Positions 31,450-46,077 of a stretch of 64,000 bases of DNA are shown piece after piece. Position 1 is the stretch's first letter, and the number at the start of each line of letters is the position of its first letter. The notes beneath the pieces were generated by a model that was not told the DNA's origin, made no database searches, and saw only the letters and a list, made by a program, of their open reading frames with translations. Origin of the DNA: the human T2T-CHM13v2.0 reference genome, Homo sapiens; NCBI RefSeq assembly GCF_009914755.1, contig NC_060942.1; one strand, given 5' to 3'. Both the position numbers and the translations under genes were made by a program.

Positions 31450-33480
31450 TCAATAGAGGAGAATCTGTATTTAGGTAGTTATCAACTTAGTGTAGACATT
31501 TGGCCTTTGTTGTCATTCAGTTCTAAATATTTGGCAATTTTCATTTGATTTTTCTTCTTGACTTATACATTATTTAAAATATGCTTTTTAGTTTCTAAGA
31601 GTATGGGAGGGTTGTGCCTATTCATTTTTTTTTATTGATTTCTAATTTTATTGCATTATGGTCAGATAATATTGTCTAGAGAATATTTATTATTGGATGT
31701 TTATTTAAAACTTCATTGGAAGCTTGATCACTTTTTGTAAATGTTCTTTTTCTTTTTAAAAAGAATGTGTATTGTGTCTTTGGTTGAATATAGAGTTCTT
31801 TTTGTGTCCATTAGGTCAAGCCTGTGGTGTTCAAATTATCTACATTCTCATTGCTATTTTGCTATTGGATCTAATCAAGATAGTTCTGTCAGTCTCTGTG
31901 GTGACTGTTGCCCTGTCGATGTTGTCTGAGGTGTATATAACTACATTCTCTTTCTCTGTTCGTATTTGCTGTTTAGCATATCTTTTCTCTCTCGCGATAT
32001 TTTATCTTCTTTCTTGCCTTTTGTTCAATTGATAGAGTACTCTCTATTTTATTTTCTCTATGTGCTTGCAGGCTGTACTTTCTATTTGTATTCTTATAGC
32101 TCTCACATTAAACTGTGTAACCCACATACTTGACTTAGGGTTAAAATGAATCACTGTCTACTCTCCTTAACATCAGGACCTCAGGGAACTTGAATGCCAT
32201 TCTTCCCACTCCCATTTGCCACGTCATTGTTGGGTGGAATTTTAAAACTACCTTGCTTTAAACTTTCCTAATAGTCAAATAGTCATTAATATGTTTTATC
32301 TTTTTTCTCCCTACTGTCCATACTGATTTAATTTTACCAAATGTAGACAAATTTCTTTGCCCACCATTGGTTTGCCCACCATTGGTTCTTCCATCCATTT
32401 TTTTTCTGGGGTGAGTTTTGATCTTAGTGAAGCCTAGTCCAGTTTATGGTTCTTACTGTGTGGTCTGCTGACCAGAGTATCAGTATCGCCTGAGAGCTTG
32501 TTGGAAATGCAAGTTTTCAGGTCCTACCCCAGACCTACTGAATCAGCACCTCTGGGGGTGGGACACCAGTCTTTGTTTTAACTGCTCTCCCAGGGATTCC
32601 AGTGCCCCCTCAGGTTTGAGCACTTCTGCCCAGCAGCACTGCCAGTGACAGTCTGAGAGTGGTAATATCTCTTAGTCTTTGACTCAAAAGGTCTCATTTG
32701 ACCTCTCTGAAGTTCAGCTGATGATAGAAATCTTGGTTAAATTATTTTCCCTCAGTGCTTTGGAGATTCTCCTGCATGTCTTCTGGCCTCCATAAATGAT
32801 GATAACAGGTTTGCTGTCAATCTCATTGTCGTTTCTGTGTAGGTAAATGGCTCTGTTCTCTAGTGATTTTGAATTTTTATTTGTGTCTTAGATGTTTTAC
32901 AATTTCGCTATCATCATGTACCTATGTGTGGAGTTCTCTTCATTTATCTTGCTTTGGACTCAGGCTTCTTCAGTATGGGGATTGTGTCTTTCCTCTGTTC
33001 TGGAAAATTCTCAGCTATTATTTCTTAACATACTGCATTTTTCCGATTCTCTCTAAGTATCTGTTTCTGTAACTCCTATTGGACATTTACTTCTCTTTCA
33101 CATTGTCTGCTTTATCTCTTAACTTTTGTGTTTTCTGTCTCTCACTGCTGTATTGTGAGTTATTACTTAGCTCTTCCAGTTAATTCTTTAAGCTTTTTTT
33201 GTAATCTCTTTATCAGTTCATTGTGTTTATTATTTCAGTGACTAAATTTAATTGCTCAAAGTTTTATTTGGTCGTTTAAAATTTGCTTTTGTCTTCATAG
33301 TTATTTTGTCCTGTTCTCTTTATCTCTTTATTTATTTTTGATGCTTTCATCTGCTTATTATTTTTAAGATATTTATTTCTTAGCCTCTTTGAGATTATTC
33401 TATTATCTCTGGTCCTAGGATCATTAAATCTCCCACTACGTCTGTAGACTCTCCTTAAGAGTGTAGATTATTGCCTAGTT
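31450..33480 (-). mobile_element. Old L1M-type LINE fragments
   Basis: T-rich antisense L1 signatures (gatttctaattttattgcattatggtcaga; ctggaaaattctcagctatt). Confidence 0.65.
32441..32628. mobile_element. MER5A hAT DNA transposon nested in L1M
   Basis: gagcttgttggaaatgcaagttttcaggtcctaccccagacctactgaatcag. Confidence 0.85.
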
Positions 33481-33490
33481 CAGTTTATAA

Positions 33491-33492
<2 letters not shown>

Positions 33493-33527
<35 letters not shown>

Positions 33528-33552
33528 ATGCATGCAAGAGGGAGAGAGAGAG
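33493..33552. repeat. (TG)16 microsatellite followed by short (GA)n
   Basis: Direct reading. Confidence 0.95.
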
Positions 33553-35379
33553 CATGAGCAAGCTCATTTTTTTTTCCTATGAGGCTTTTGTAAGTCCTGA
33601 CCTGTATTTACTGTTAACTTCTTAGCTTGGGTTCATGCACCCCCAGTCAGTATAACTGTGGACCTCATACCCACTTTGGCACAGGCTTGGAGTATGGATT
33701 TATTACAGGTCTGTTTCTTTTTGTTTTTCTCCCATTTATGGTCCTGGACAGAAGGTAAGCTTCCTTGCAACTTCCCTGGTCCGGTGGGTAGAGTTTTCTT
33801 GTCCCCTTTCCAGATGTTAGGTTTTAAACAATGACTGTTCTTTCTCCATCATGTAGACCAAAGGCCAAGTTCTGTGTCCCCATGGGAGATTAAAACCCAA
33901 GCCCCTATGTCTAGGTCCAGTGCCCACTGATTTCTCTAATTGTGAGTCTTTCTGCTTACCTAGTACCTAGAGTTTCTCTTCCCAAGTTTTAAAAATATCA
34001 GTTCTAAGTAGGCCTAGCGTTTCTACATATTTTTAGGGAGAGGGGACCCTTTCTGTGGCAGCTCAGTGTTCAGCATTCCTGTAAGTTAGCATGCTCTGTG
34101 TATAGCAGATATCACTAGTAATAGCATTTAGTAAGTGATGTTCACACATGCTGCTGTCATGAACACTATCTCATGTTGTGTAACACTTTCATTTTTCCAA
34201 GAACTTTATAATCAGCCGACTTGAAACTCACAGTCGTCCCCTCAGAAAGGCAGGGCAAATGTTGTTATTTCCAATTTGTCAGAAGCTCAGAAAGCTTATT
34301 CTGTTGCTGACAGTCCTTGCAAGGGTCAGAATCAGGACCGGAGCCCCAGATGCGCTGGTGTCACTGATGTCCCCGTGCCGGGCATGAGCCCTTCTGTGCA
34401 AGGAGCTCCAATGTCTCCCGGCCAGTGATGATGTGAAAACATTTAGAACCGACCTACACAATAAGGCAGATTTTCATTCTGTACCCAAAACAGGAACACA
34501 GATTTAATGCAGAGCAAAAGGGCTTTAATCAACAGATATGTTCATTTTTCACGTAGACCTATTTTACAAGCTAACTTGTAAGCCAGAAAATGACATTCGA
34601 GATTTTCAAGTGAGAACAAATGATTTGGTCCAATAATTAAAAAAAAAAAAATGTACGTGTAATCTCTTCAGAAGCTGCACTGGAAGGATGTTTGTCCTGG
34701 TACGTTGTTGGAAAGTTTTCAGGAAGAGAATGTAAAAACTTGCTCTTCTTATTCTATCATGAGAACTACCTCTGGAGAGAAAAGATAATGAATGCAAGAG
34801 GAAGACAGTGATTTTTCAGCTTTCACGCATCATTCCCCAGAAGGAGAAAGGCTTGAAATATCTCAACATTTCCGCCCACACCTCCTCAGCCCCTGCCAGG
34901 AGACAGAGCAGGCAAGGGAACAGGCATCATAGGCTGGGGGCCACATGTTGAAATCTGCTCCTTGGGGAATTTGTCATTTAAGACAGTCGAACTTGCATAC
35001 ACAGTGATGACTGTTTAAGCTTTTTTTCCAACATTTTCAGGAGTAGGGGGAACTGTGATGTAACAGTGATGTTTGGAGAACCCTCACGAATACAGGAACA
35101 AACAAAAAATAGTTGCTGGGAATCACAGACTTTCAGAAATAGAAGAGCTGAGTCACGTTTGTTCATCCAGTCAAATTCTTCCACTTAACAGTGAAGAAAC
35201 TCCTTAGTAGAGAGGATGTGATGCAGAGCCAGCTGATGAGAGTCTACCCGAGAGTGCAGGCCTTCTAACGCTGGCAGGAGAGAGTGGAAGGAAGTCACTT
35301 TTTTAGTTCCTATGGGGTCATTTTTTTCCTCATGGCACTACCACGGTTTATTCATTGATTTCCTATTGCCTGTTGCTCT

Positions 35380-35512
35380 CAACAGCTTGTGAGCTCCAGG
35401 AGGGAACTGGGAAAGCTACCTTTGGTTTATGTACTGTTATTTTTCTGGCACCTAAAATGCCTTGCACAGAGTAGGTGCTCAAGAAGTATCGGTTGAATGG
35501 ACGAGAATGAAC
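35380..35512 (+). mobile_element. L2 3' end fragment
   Basis: ttgtgagctccaggaggg...gcacagagtaggtgctcaagaagtatcggttgaatg. Confidence 0.75.
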
Positions 35513-36968
35513 ACCAGAAAGTGAGAAATAAACTAGAGAGGAAATCTTAGTTTGTGACGGGATGTACTGTTGGTAGAGCAGAAAACATGATCTCTTTATT
35601 GGCTTATGTCAGAACATTGTATTCTTTTTCTTATTTTGGTGGTTGTCCAGGTATTAACAAATTTATACCTTGCCTAGACTCAGAATTGCTATGTGGTTTC
35701 ATCAGACTAAACACTGCCTAAAATAAATAGGATGTGAGGTCAAATCTGTTGTTCAGTGGAAAATCAAAGAAGACTGGCTTAAAAACTAAGAAAAGACCAT
35801 AGGCAGTGTAAATTGTCTATAGATTGCTCCTAAGCTATATAAAGATGATGTATTTTTTGCTCTGGAATTACAGAGCAAAACACTGACGTGCTCATTTTCT
35901 GGAAGAGTGGTTGTTTGTTTTGTTTCGGGTTTTTTATATAAACATGTCTTAAAACTATAAAAGAGGGAAGTTCATGTTCTTCATTTCTTCTGTTTCTGGT
36001 CAAGATAAGTATGGTGAAAGTGTAAGGTTTGGAGTCTGGAGATACTAGACTAAGGATCAGTATATTTTATTAACTTAGGCCGAAATGATAACAGCAGAAG
36101 TATTCTCTGCTGAAATTCATACTAGTGGCTAAAAAGCAATGAGTTGTTTTCGAGGCTGTCATAGTTAATGTCTGTGTATATGCAAAACCCAATCCTTTTT
36201 GCTCATAAAAATATCGTAAGCTTTTTCAGTAGCCAAAACTCACGGCCCTGACTCTAAGATATTGTAAGCTACTTTACAAGGTAGCAAATAAAGATTATTT
36301 AAATGACTACATTAACATGTTACTCCTTTGCCTGAAGAGATATCACAACTTTTGAATGACTATAGTTAACTCAATTCCTGAGCCCTCAACTGGGGTACTA
36401 TCACTCTATTTCATAGATAAAGCATTTGAGATTTAAAGAAATCCTTGCCCAAGACCACTAAATATTAAGGGACAAACCTTCTGACTTCTAAATTGAGGAT
36501 TTTTTGAGAATGCCATCTGCCTGATTTTATATTCCTTGATAGGAGTGTCAGTTCACTTCCCTTTCTGCTCGTTGTATTTCCCCACAAAAATTCGTTAAAC
36601 CGTAATTAGACTTTTCAAAATGCCAACGTAGGTCATTCTGGGTTGTATGTTAGAAGTATTTAGCCAATAACTCTTACCTAAACCACAGCAAAAAAGAAAA
36701 ACAGAAACACCCTGACTCATATTCTGACAAAAGTCACTTGGAAAGCATGTTTAGTTTGTGTAGCGTACCCCAAATGGTTTCTCAAATAGCAGTATAGCTG
36801 TTTTCAGGGGTGAAAGCTGCATTCAAAGCTGATTAGCCCTCATCAGTTCTAGGACTTTCCCCTGTGCTGTGTAGACATTATCTAATTTTTCCATGGATAA
36901 TCTGAGAAGTGAGAATTTACGGTTTATGACTCATGAAATTCTCTTGAATGTTGCCTCAGTATACATAA

Positions 36969-37151
<183 letters not shown>

Positions 37152-38312
37152 TGAGAACAACTTGGTTGTTACTTTTATATGAATGCTAAAAATATTACCT
37201 TCCTTTTCTCTCTGCACTTTGATCCTCCTGGTTCTAAAATCTGAATTTTCTTTTTAACAGAAATGGTAAGTGAAAATTAACTCAGTGTTACATATCAAAT
37301 CACCTGAAGGGTAATTTCCTATGTAATACATAAAAAGACAGGAATGATTTTTATGGGATATAAAATAATTCAGAACCCTAGTCACAAAATCTGTGGAAGC
37401 CTATTCAATTATGCGCAGTTATCATATTTAATTAACCTGGATCCCGGTAAGAAAAATGTTCAAGTCCTTCCTTGTAAATGCAAAAGCTTAGTTTCAACTA
37501 CAGTATTTATAATATAGTGTTATATTTAATTATAATAATTGGCAGTATTACGTCCAAATGTAATTTTCTACTTATAATTATCCCTGGCAGTTTAAAACCT
37601 AGAAACTCTAAAAATTTTTATGGGCAACATTTTAAATTATAACATTGCATTTTCTAATGACACACCATCCCCAAATTGTTCAACATTGCATCCTCTGTTT
37701 TACTTTCCGATTCCTCCTTAGCAGTTTTCTCTTCAATTTTCTCCATCACTATGGTTACACCTCTAGGGAGGGGAGAGAAGCGGCTGCAGCTCAGACCCCC
37801 TCTGGTGGCCTGGGCTCCATTGCCATCTCTCCCTGCCTCCTCCCCTCAGCTGGTTCCTCCTGCCCGGGAACATCTCTGGATGGGGCACAATGTCTGCTCT
37901 CATTTAGGGGTTTTGGTCTCTGTTCCAAAGTCCTGATTCAAGAGCTTGCGGGTAACTGCTATTGAAATGATTCTTTGCCTTCAAAACTCAAATGATCACT
38001 GAAAATTCCACAGTTTTCTTTGTGAGTCATGTCCCCTGGTAATGATGATGACTGTGGTCATCACCCAGTCTCACTCTATGGCTCTCACATAGCAGTGTCT
38101 GCTACCCGGAAACCATCTCTGCACATTCATTCTTACAGCCAGACCAAGCCTGGACCGCCTCTTTGCAGGAGGCAGTTGCCACAACCTTGGTCAAGTGTTT
38201 TGTTATTTTCATGTCAGCGAACCATGCTTTGGGCTGCTTTCCCCACACTTGGCATAATCAGGATCCCACTCCCCATGGCAACAAAATGGACTTGAGGCAG
38301 CGTGGATTATAT

Positions 38313-38328
38313 CTACCACCTGGCGGCC
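38313..38328 (-). promoter_or_regulatory. Candidate CTCF site
   Basis: Minus strand GGCCGCCAGGTGGTAG resembles the CTCF core; motif only. Confidence 0.4.
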
Positions 38329-38750
38329 CTGCCACAGTTGAGCATGGATAGGCCCAACCTGGCCAGGTGGGGATTATTACAGGTTTTGACTACCTGGGCT
38401 AAAGTCTCTTGAGTGAAGCAACAGATACAGTCGACTGCCTTTCGGTTGCCCTATGCTGGAGAAGTGCCCACAGTTGTTTATTAAAGGGGGCAAGGAGGAT
38501 GTTCTCCTTCGCAGCAGAGTTCTAACTTTCCTGAGCATCGCTAGTGGATGCCGTGTGTCCCATCGTGACACAGCAAGGCTTTCTGTCTGCAAGGGAAAAC
38601 CCCTAAAGGAGAGAATCTCAGTTGGAACCATTTGTCACTGCCTGTTTCTTTGAGGACTGCCAACTTTTCTACCATTTGCTGTTGTTTTTATTAGAAAACA
38701 AAGTGTGTATTTACTGTATGATTATGTGTTTTCTTTTGTCTTTTGTGTAG

Positions 38751-38981
<231 letters not shown>

Positions 38982-40459
38982 TAAGTATATGGCCACACCC
39001 AGTGTGTGTCCCCCACTGAGACAGTTGTATGAATTTAAACAGAATGAAAGGATAAGCAGCTCATGAGTTCGAGATGCATTAACTCTGCTGAGTTTGTTCT
39101 CTCCTCACCCCACAGCCCCTTGCAAGTCTAGAACAGGTTCTGACTCTACGTGGTGAAATAGTGTACTCTGCGAACATCTAACATTGATTTTTTTTCTTGT
39201 CTATTGGGTTCATGGAGTTGAAATTGAAAACGTGGATAATTATGATAAGGAACAGGAGGCGATTTTCATTTGCAGTGTTCAAGAGGAGGACTTGTCAGTG
39301 TTAGAATTCAAAAACAAAGGAGGTGTTTTTTGAACAAGAGTCGTTTCTGAGGTCTCCTGTGTAAAGGCAAATTGTAAGGACTTTGAGGACCTAGGACCAT
39401 GCCCTGCTCCTGTAAGGAAAGAACCAGGTTTCCCCTTGCATTAGGATTTCATCATTGCCAGGCTTGGAAACTGAGGCAGACTAAATTGCTTTCTGAGCAA
39501 TTAAACATCAGCTACTTCCAGGCCAGCCATTCCTCCTTCAGACTCTGAATCCTCCAAGGGTTGGGCAGTACCCAAGCCCCCAGTAGAATAGTCATTGACC
39601 TTGCTGAAGGGCATTTGTCATCACTCCAGCCCTGGGCTCTAAGGGGACGTGGGTTCCCCCACATCTCCCACCTGGTACCAGTCTCCTGGGGGCTCATTTG
39701 GAAGGCCGCCTCAGTACATTCTTCCTGGTTGCTCTAGCCAAGAATTGCCCAATTGATTTGTTGTTACTGAGTCCCATGAGAAAGCCCACTATGTACAATG
39801 TATCCAACTATTGAAGGTGGAGGGCAGGGTGGAGAGAGACAAGATCTTTACCTCTTCTCCACATTTTCAAAGATACCCCCACCCCGGAGGAATCAGTCTG
39901 TGATCCCAGTTTGAAAACTACTGATCCACATGATTGTGAACCAAGCAAGATCATTTGGACAAATCTAAAAATTTGCAGGTTTGCATCATTGAGAGAGCCA
40001 TATCCTGTTCCTAATCCCCTCGAGGCCTTTTCAGAGCAGAGTAGTGGTCAGAAGACAGACCAAGGGTTGGGCCCATAGCAAACATCTTATGGCCAAGCCA
40101 AAAGCCTCTGGAAGGAATTAAACTTCCTTCATCACAGAGACGACCTAAAGTACTCACATCTTTGGGAATCCCTGCACAGCCCCTTTATTATGTGGCGTTT
40201 CTCATCTCCCCAAGATATTTGGCTGAACCATATGAAATAGACACTTCGTAGGTCAAAAACAGTCAAACATCAGCGTCTCTTATGGTTTAATTGACTTTAG
40301 AGGGCACATGCGTCAGCCTCCATGGTGGGTCACGGTTGAGCATGTGGTAAGTCAGGTCCTCTAGCCCACACATTTTCCCACTAGGTACAGAATGCTCGCA
40401 GGGACACTGTAAAAGTTGAGTGACAGGTGGCAAACAAATATGCAAAATCTTGCATTTGA

Positions 40460-40627
<168 letters not shown>

Positions 40628-42179
40628 TGAAGTAATAAAAATAGGTCAGTGCTGCTTGCGGTTTGCTAGTAGGTGTCTTATCTTTCGCATCATGGGTTTT
40701 TAAGCAAAAGCTTCACTGGTTTACTCATAAAGTATTTTTATGTTTTGCCCATAATGGATGTCCTTTTCTCTGGTAGCTTATTTTGGGCACTGAAGACATA
40801 GTGTCTACACACAGTTAAAAACAAAAGTTTTTTTTTAACTTCAGTGTAAAACACAGAACATTATGTATTTATACATTTGTATGTTTTCTGGAATAACTTT
40901 AGTGAAAGCAAGATTTGATAACAGATGGAAAAACTAATTGAAAAGTTAATTAAAATGATCTCATCTATCTAATATCCTGTGATTATTGCGTTTGTCCCCA
41001 AATTATTTTTTAATTTGAAGGGACTAAATAATTTCAAAATAATGTTACTGCTTAGCTAAGACATTAACCCTGAAACAAATAACACAAAATAATTTCATTC
41101 TTATTTAAAGCATATAGATCATGGAAGAATTTCAAGGTACCTTGAAAGTTAGAAGTCAAACCCTCTACCTGGCGGTATCTATAGGCTTAGAGACTTCTAA
41201 AAGATTTGGCCAATTCAAAATAGTGTCCTTAAGAAAACACTACAGAAATCATCAGTGAGAAAAAAGCATCAGAAATACTTTTTAAGAGCCTGGAGGTAGA
41301 GTGGTTGAGGATGGGAAGAGGGAGAGTAGGATTTGAGATTGACATTGCAGTAACTTATAAGAAAGATATTTCCAAGGGAACTGTGTTCATTGCATTTATA
41401 GAGCCTTAGCTATTCTAATAAATAATTTGTATACCCTCTGTACTTTTCCCATGAATATGTTTTTACTGTTAATTGGTAGCTGATATTGATGCTCTGATTT
41501 TGTTGCTTTATTTGGTAGCAGGGCGACAGTAAACACTTTTTTTCCTCTAGAAGGAAACTAAACCACACACTCTTTCCATGTATGTATAGTGTGAATATAT
41601 TTTAATTTCCAGCTTTGGAGTCATGCCATAGATTGTTTCAGCCTGCTCCAATTCACTCCAACTTTCTCAGAAGGTCAGTTTAGTCACCGTATGCAAGTGA
41701 GAAGATGCTGTTAGTTGCTACAGTGTCTTTAATACCCTCTCTAACAGGGGGTAATAGAGAAGCATAAGATATGATCCTGACCTTAGTCAGCTTATATTTT
41801 AGCGGGGGGAAAAGAGATGAGAACAAAACCAGAAGAATCACAGTGATAGTGTCTGAGCAGAAGGGAGTGCATTGAGTCCTCAGAGGAGAAAGTGACTTGG
41901 CTGGAGGCTCAGGGAATCTTTCCCAGGATGAGCTGCACCTCGGAGGTGGGGTAGCATTTGAGCGTTCAAAGGCTGGGGTCATTTCAGATGAGTGAGGACC
42001 AGCCCAGAGTCAAGGCCTTGTGGAAGAAGATGGGCGGAAGCAGGAACCACTCAGGGTCTCAAGGAGCTGGCTAAAGTGACCCCGACAAGAGTGATCACGA
42101 TATAAACCTGGAATTGCACATTTAAGAGTCCAAGTGCACATAGATGGGCCTAGTCAGCAGTGTCTTCAAATTTCCCACA

Positions 42180-42269
42180 GATGGGAATGTCCCTGTCGGC
42201 AGGGCTCATTCTGCACATCTGTCCGATGGGAATGTCCCTGTCGGCAGGGCTCATTCTGCACATCTGTCC
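42180..42269. repeat. Perfect 45-bp tandem duplication
   Basis: gatgggaatgtccctgtcggcagggctcattctgcacatctgtcc x2. Confidence 0.97.
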
Positions 42270-43102
42270 GCTGCTCCCCCTGGTCGGCTTCATGCTTTTA
42301 CTTCCCCAGACACTGGAGTCTATTGGAGCCTGCATAGGGCCACGCTGAGCCGGGGAGAATTGGCCTGTACTGCAGAGGGTGGGTGCCTGGTGGGGGGATG
42401 AAGGAGCAGAAGCAGGAGCCTGGGGTGCCAGGTCTGGTGGGGTCAGGACCCCCTGTGAGGAGGTGCGTGATGCCTTTGGATCAGGTGAAATGGAGGCACC
42501 TGCAGGACGCCTGAATGGTGGGAGGCCGACCTCGCTGCTGTTGCCTCCCTGAGGCCTCTGCCGTCCCTCCGCGGGGGGTTGCACAGGCCCTCTCCGGGGC
42601 CTTCCCCATTTCCAGCCTGTCCCCTTCCTGTGCTTTCTCCCCATCGCTGCCCAAGCAATGATAACAGAAGACAGATGGAATTTCACCTGGCCTTTCACTG
42701 ACTCCCCACTGCCCTCAGAGAGCACCCCAACTCTCCAGCACCCCATGTGGGCTCTGCACTGCCGGCCCCTTCTCTGGCCTGTCTACCCGCCCTGGCAAAC
42801 GGCTGGCAAGTCCCCAGCCTTGTTCCTCTGCTTAGTGTGCCCTTTTCTCCCCCAATTCCTACGCCTGATTTGCACTGCGGACTCTGCTTGACCTTGAAGC
42901 TCATCTGTCACCTCCCAGAGGCCTTTCTGGCCCCACTCTGCTGCGCCATCTCTCTTAGCACAGCTGCCCTCCTCATGCCACTCTCCCCCTGATCTCGCCT
43001 CCTCGCTTGTGCAATACTGTAGAAGGCCCTTGGTTACTCCTTCATGGTTTCTCATTTACATTGAAAGCAGGTTAATCTTTTCTTTCATGCTCTGATACAT
43101 AG

Positions 43103-43375
<273 letters not shown>

Positions 43376-43781
43376 TAATTCTTGTAATAAATCATTGTTC
43401 ACATTTCCTGGAACCATGGTACCTAGGGTGGATACATCCAAATCCCAGTTGCCTCTGCTTACCCGGCATAGGACTTGTGTGAACTTACTAAATCCAAGAG
43501 ACAGCTGAAGATCTATGGTAGCCTGTGTTTTCTATAAAAACTGCTGCTGCTGAATGTTTAGAGCTTCATCCGCTCTCCCTCTGTTTCCTGACATCATAAA
43601 AATGGCAGAGGCAAAGGTCAAAACAATAGGAAGAGTATCAGGCAGACGTCCTAGACATGGATGAGTGACGCCACAGCTCAGGCAAGTGAACACTTGAGAC
43701 GTTCTCCAAGTAGTGATTTGGGTTTTCATGTTGCATTTAACATTAATTTTACCTAGACAGACCATTTTAGAGTTGGAAGGA

Positions 43782-44103
43782 TTTTATTTTTTTTTTATTT
43801 TTTTTATTTTTTGAGATGATGTCTTGCTCTTTCACCCAGGCTAGAGTGCAGTGGCGCGATCTTGGCTCACTTCCGCCTTGCGGATTCTAGCAATTCCCCT
43901 GCCTCAGCCTCTCAGATAGCTGGGATTACAGGCACACGCCACCATGCCTGGCTAATTTTTTTTTTTTTTTTTTTTTTTTGTATTTTAGTAGAAACGAGGT
44001 TTCGCTATGTTGGCCAGGATGGTCTCGATCTCCTGACCTCATGATCCTCTTGCCTCATCCTCCCAAAGTGCTGGGATTACAGGTGTGAGCCACCGCACCC
44101 AGC
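43782..44103 (-). mobile_element. Alu, full length
   Basis: Poly-T, both arms, long T linker. Confidence 0.92.
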
Positions 44104-44861
44104 ACGGATTTGCTATAAAACAAAAATTGATGTTCTTTTTATAATATACTTCTGCTTCTGTTTTTCTTTTAATGTACCTATACCCCACATCTACCTCCAG
44201 AGTGTATGGGTGTTTGCCCACACGCCAGCACACACACAGGGCCACTGGGAAGCGCGTTTGTCCATTTGGGGTATTTGCAGCTCATTCGTGTTTGCTCACT
44301 TGAGTTAAAAAGCCCCTGCATGATGTCACCTGCCTGTGATACCAACTGTATTTTGGGCACGGTTGGGTAGATGAGCTGTGTCCTCGGCCCTGACCAGCGC
44401 TGACTCAGTGTTTCTGTTGCTCCTCATTGTATGAAAGGAGAGGAAGAGGCCAGCAGTGCCCTTGAACCCACTGCTGGTTTGCCAGTCATGGTGGGTTGGG
44501 ATGCACACCTGTGATTCCGGTCTCCACTTTGACCCTGTGTTTGTGCTTTCTGCTTTCATCACTGTATGATGAAGCAGCTAGGAGCACAGGAATTTCTCTT
44601 AACGTCTAACTTTATACCACATGCTGACAGTTAGTGCCTAAAGTACAGTGCGTGTATTATTTTTACCCTCTTCACAGCCCGTCGTGTCCCCAGCAGGAGA
44701 GACCGTGGAGGGACCAGGGACAGGCGCTTAGGCCTGTGACTGATCCTCTGGATTCTGAAACCAGAGCAGCCACCCTTTTTGCTGACATTAACCTGGAGAG
44801 TGATCAAAGCACAAGAAAGGGGATAACTTAAAACTATTGGTATTTACTTAGTTGGAACATT

Positions 44862-45170
44862 ATTTTACTTATTTATTTTTTTGGCGATAGAATCTTATTC
44901 TGTTTGCCAGGCTGGAGTACAGTGGCACAACCATAGTTCACTGCAGCCTCTATCCCCTGGCACAAGTGATCCTCCTGTCTCAGCCTCCCAAGTAGCTAGG
45001 ACCACAGGCACACACCACCATGCCTAGCTAATTTCTTTTTTTTTTTTTGTAGTCATGGCGTCTTGCTATGCTGCTTAGGCTGGTCTTGAACAGCCTCAAG
45101 CCCTCCTCCTGCCTCAGCCTCCCAAAGCCGAGGATTACAGGATTATAGGCATGAGCCAGCAAGCCCAGTC
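44862..45170 (-). mobile_element. AluJ-like
   Basis: catagttcactgcagcctc...; TSD gaacatt. Confidence 0.9.
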
Positions 45171-45215
45171 TAGAACATTCTTTATCCTTCCTGTTTTCCT
45201 CAGATACTTTCACTC

Positions 45216-45339
45216 TTTTTTTAAACTTTATTTATTTTTTATAGAGACAGGGTCTCACTATGTTGCCCAGGCTGGTCTCTAACTCCTGGGCTCAAGTGAT
45301 CCTCCCACCTTGGCCTCCCAAAGTGCTGGAATTACAGCG
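45216..45339 (-). mobile_element. FLAM / Alu left monomer
   Basis: gagacagggtctcactatgttgcccaggctggtct; TSD gata(c/t)tttcactct. Confidence 0.88.
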
Positions 45340-45376
45340 ATGATATTTTCACTCTAAAAAGATAGAAAGTATATTG

Positions 45377-45600
<224 letters not shown>

Positions 45601-45924
45601 GAGAGAGAAAAGAAAGTATACTTATGTCTGTATGTTAAATTTTGTAGACCAGTATGGCAGCTCCATCCACCATCCAGAGTAGGTGCCTTCCACTGTGCAT
45701 CACTAAGGACAGGATTTAACTGCAAGCTCATTACAACTAAAGCAGTTTGTTTGTTTATAGTTTAAAGAGGAAGGTTTGGTTTAGGTGGAGCAGGAAACAT
45801 TGCATTAGTAACATATTTCTTGAGCATTCTGCACAGAATTACATTAGAATGTAATTAAAGAAGTCAAATGAGTTTGTATTTTGGGGAAAAAATGCTGAAT
45901 TTTCACTCCTGTGTCATTCTGTAG

Positions 45925-46077
<153 letters not shown>

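Noticed and set aside
34130-34440. Possible intronic snoRNA or miRNA hairpin
   Set aside because: Short imperfect stems and an isolated C-box-like TGATGA with no properly placed D box or terminal stem
42150-42746. 198-aa minus-strand ORF with a repeated 15-aa motif
   Set aside because: The repeat is just the 45-bp DNA duplication; GC-rich sequence with few stops
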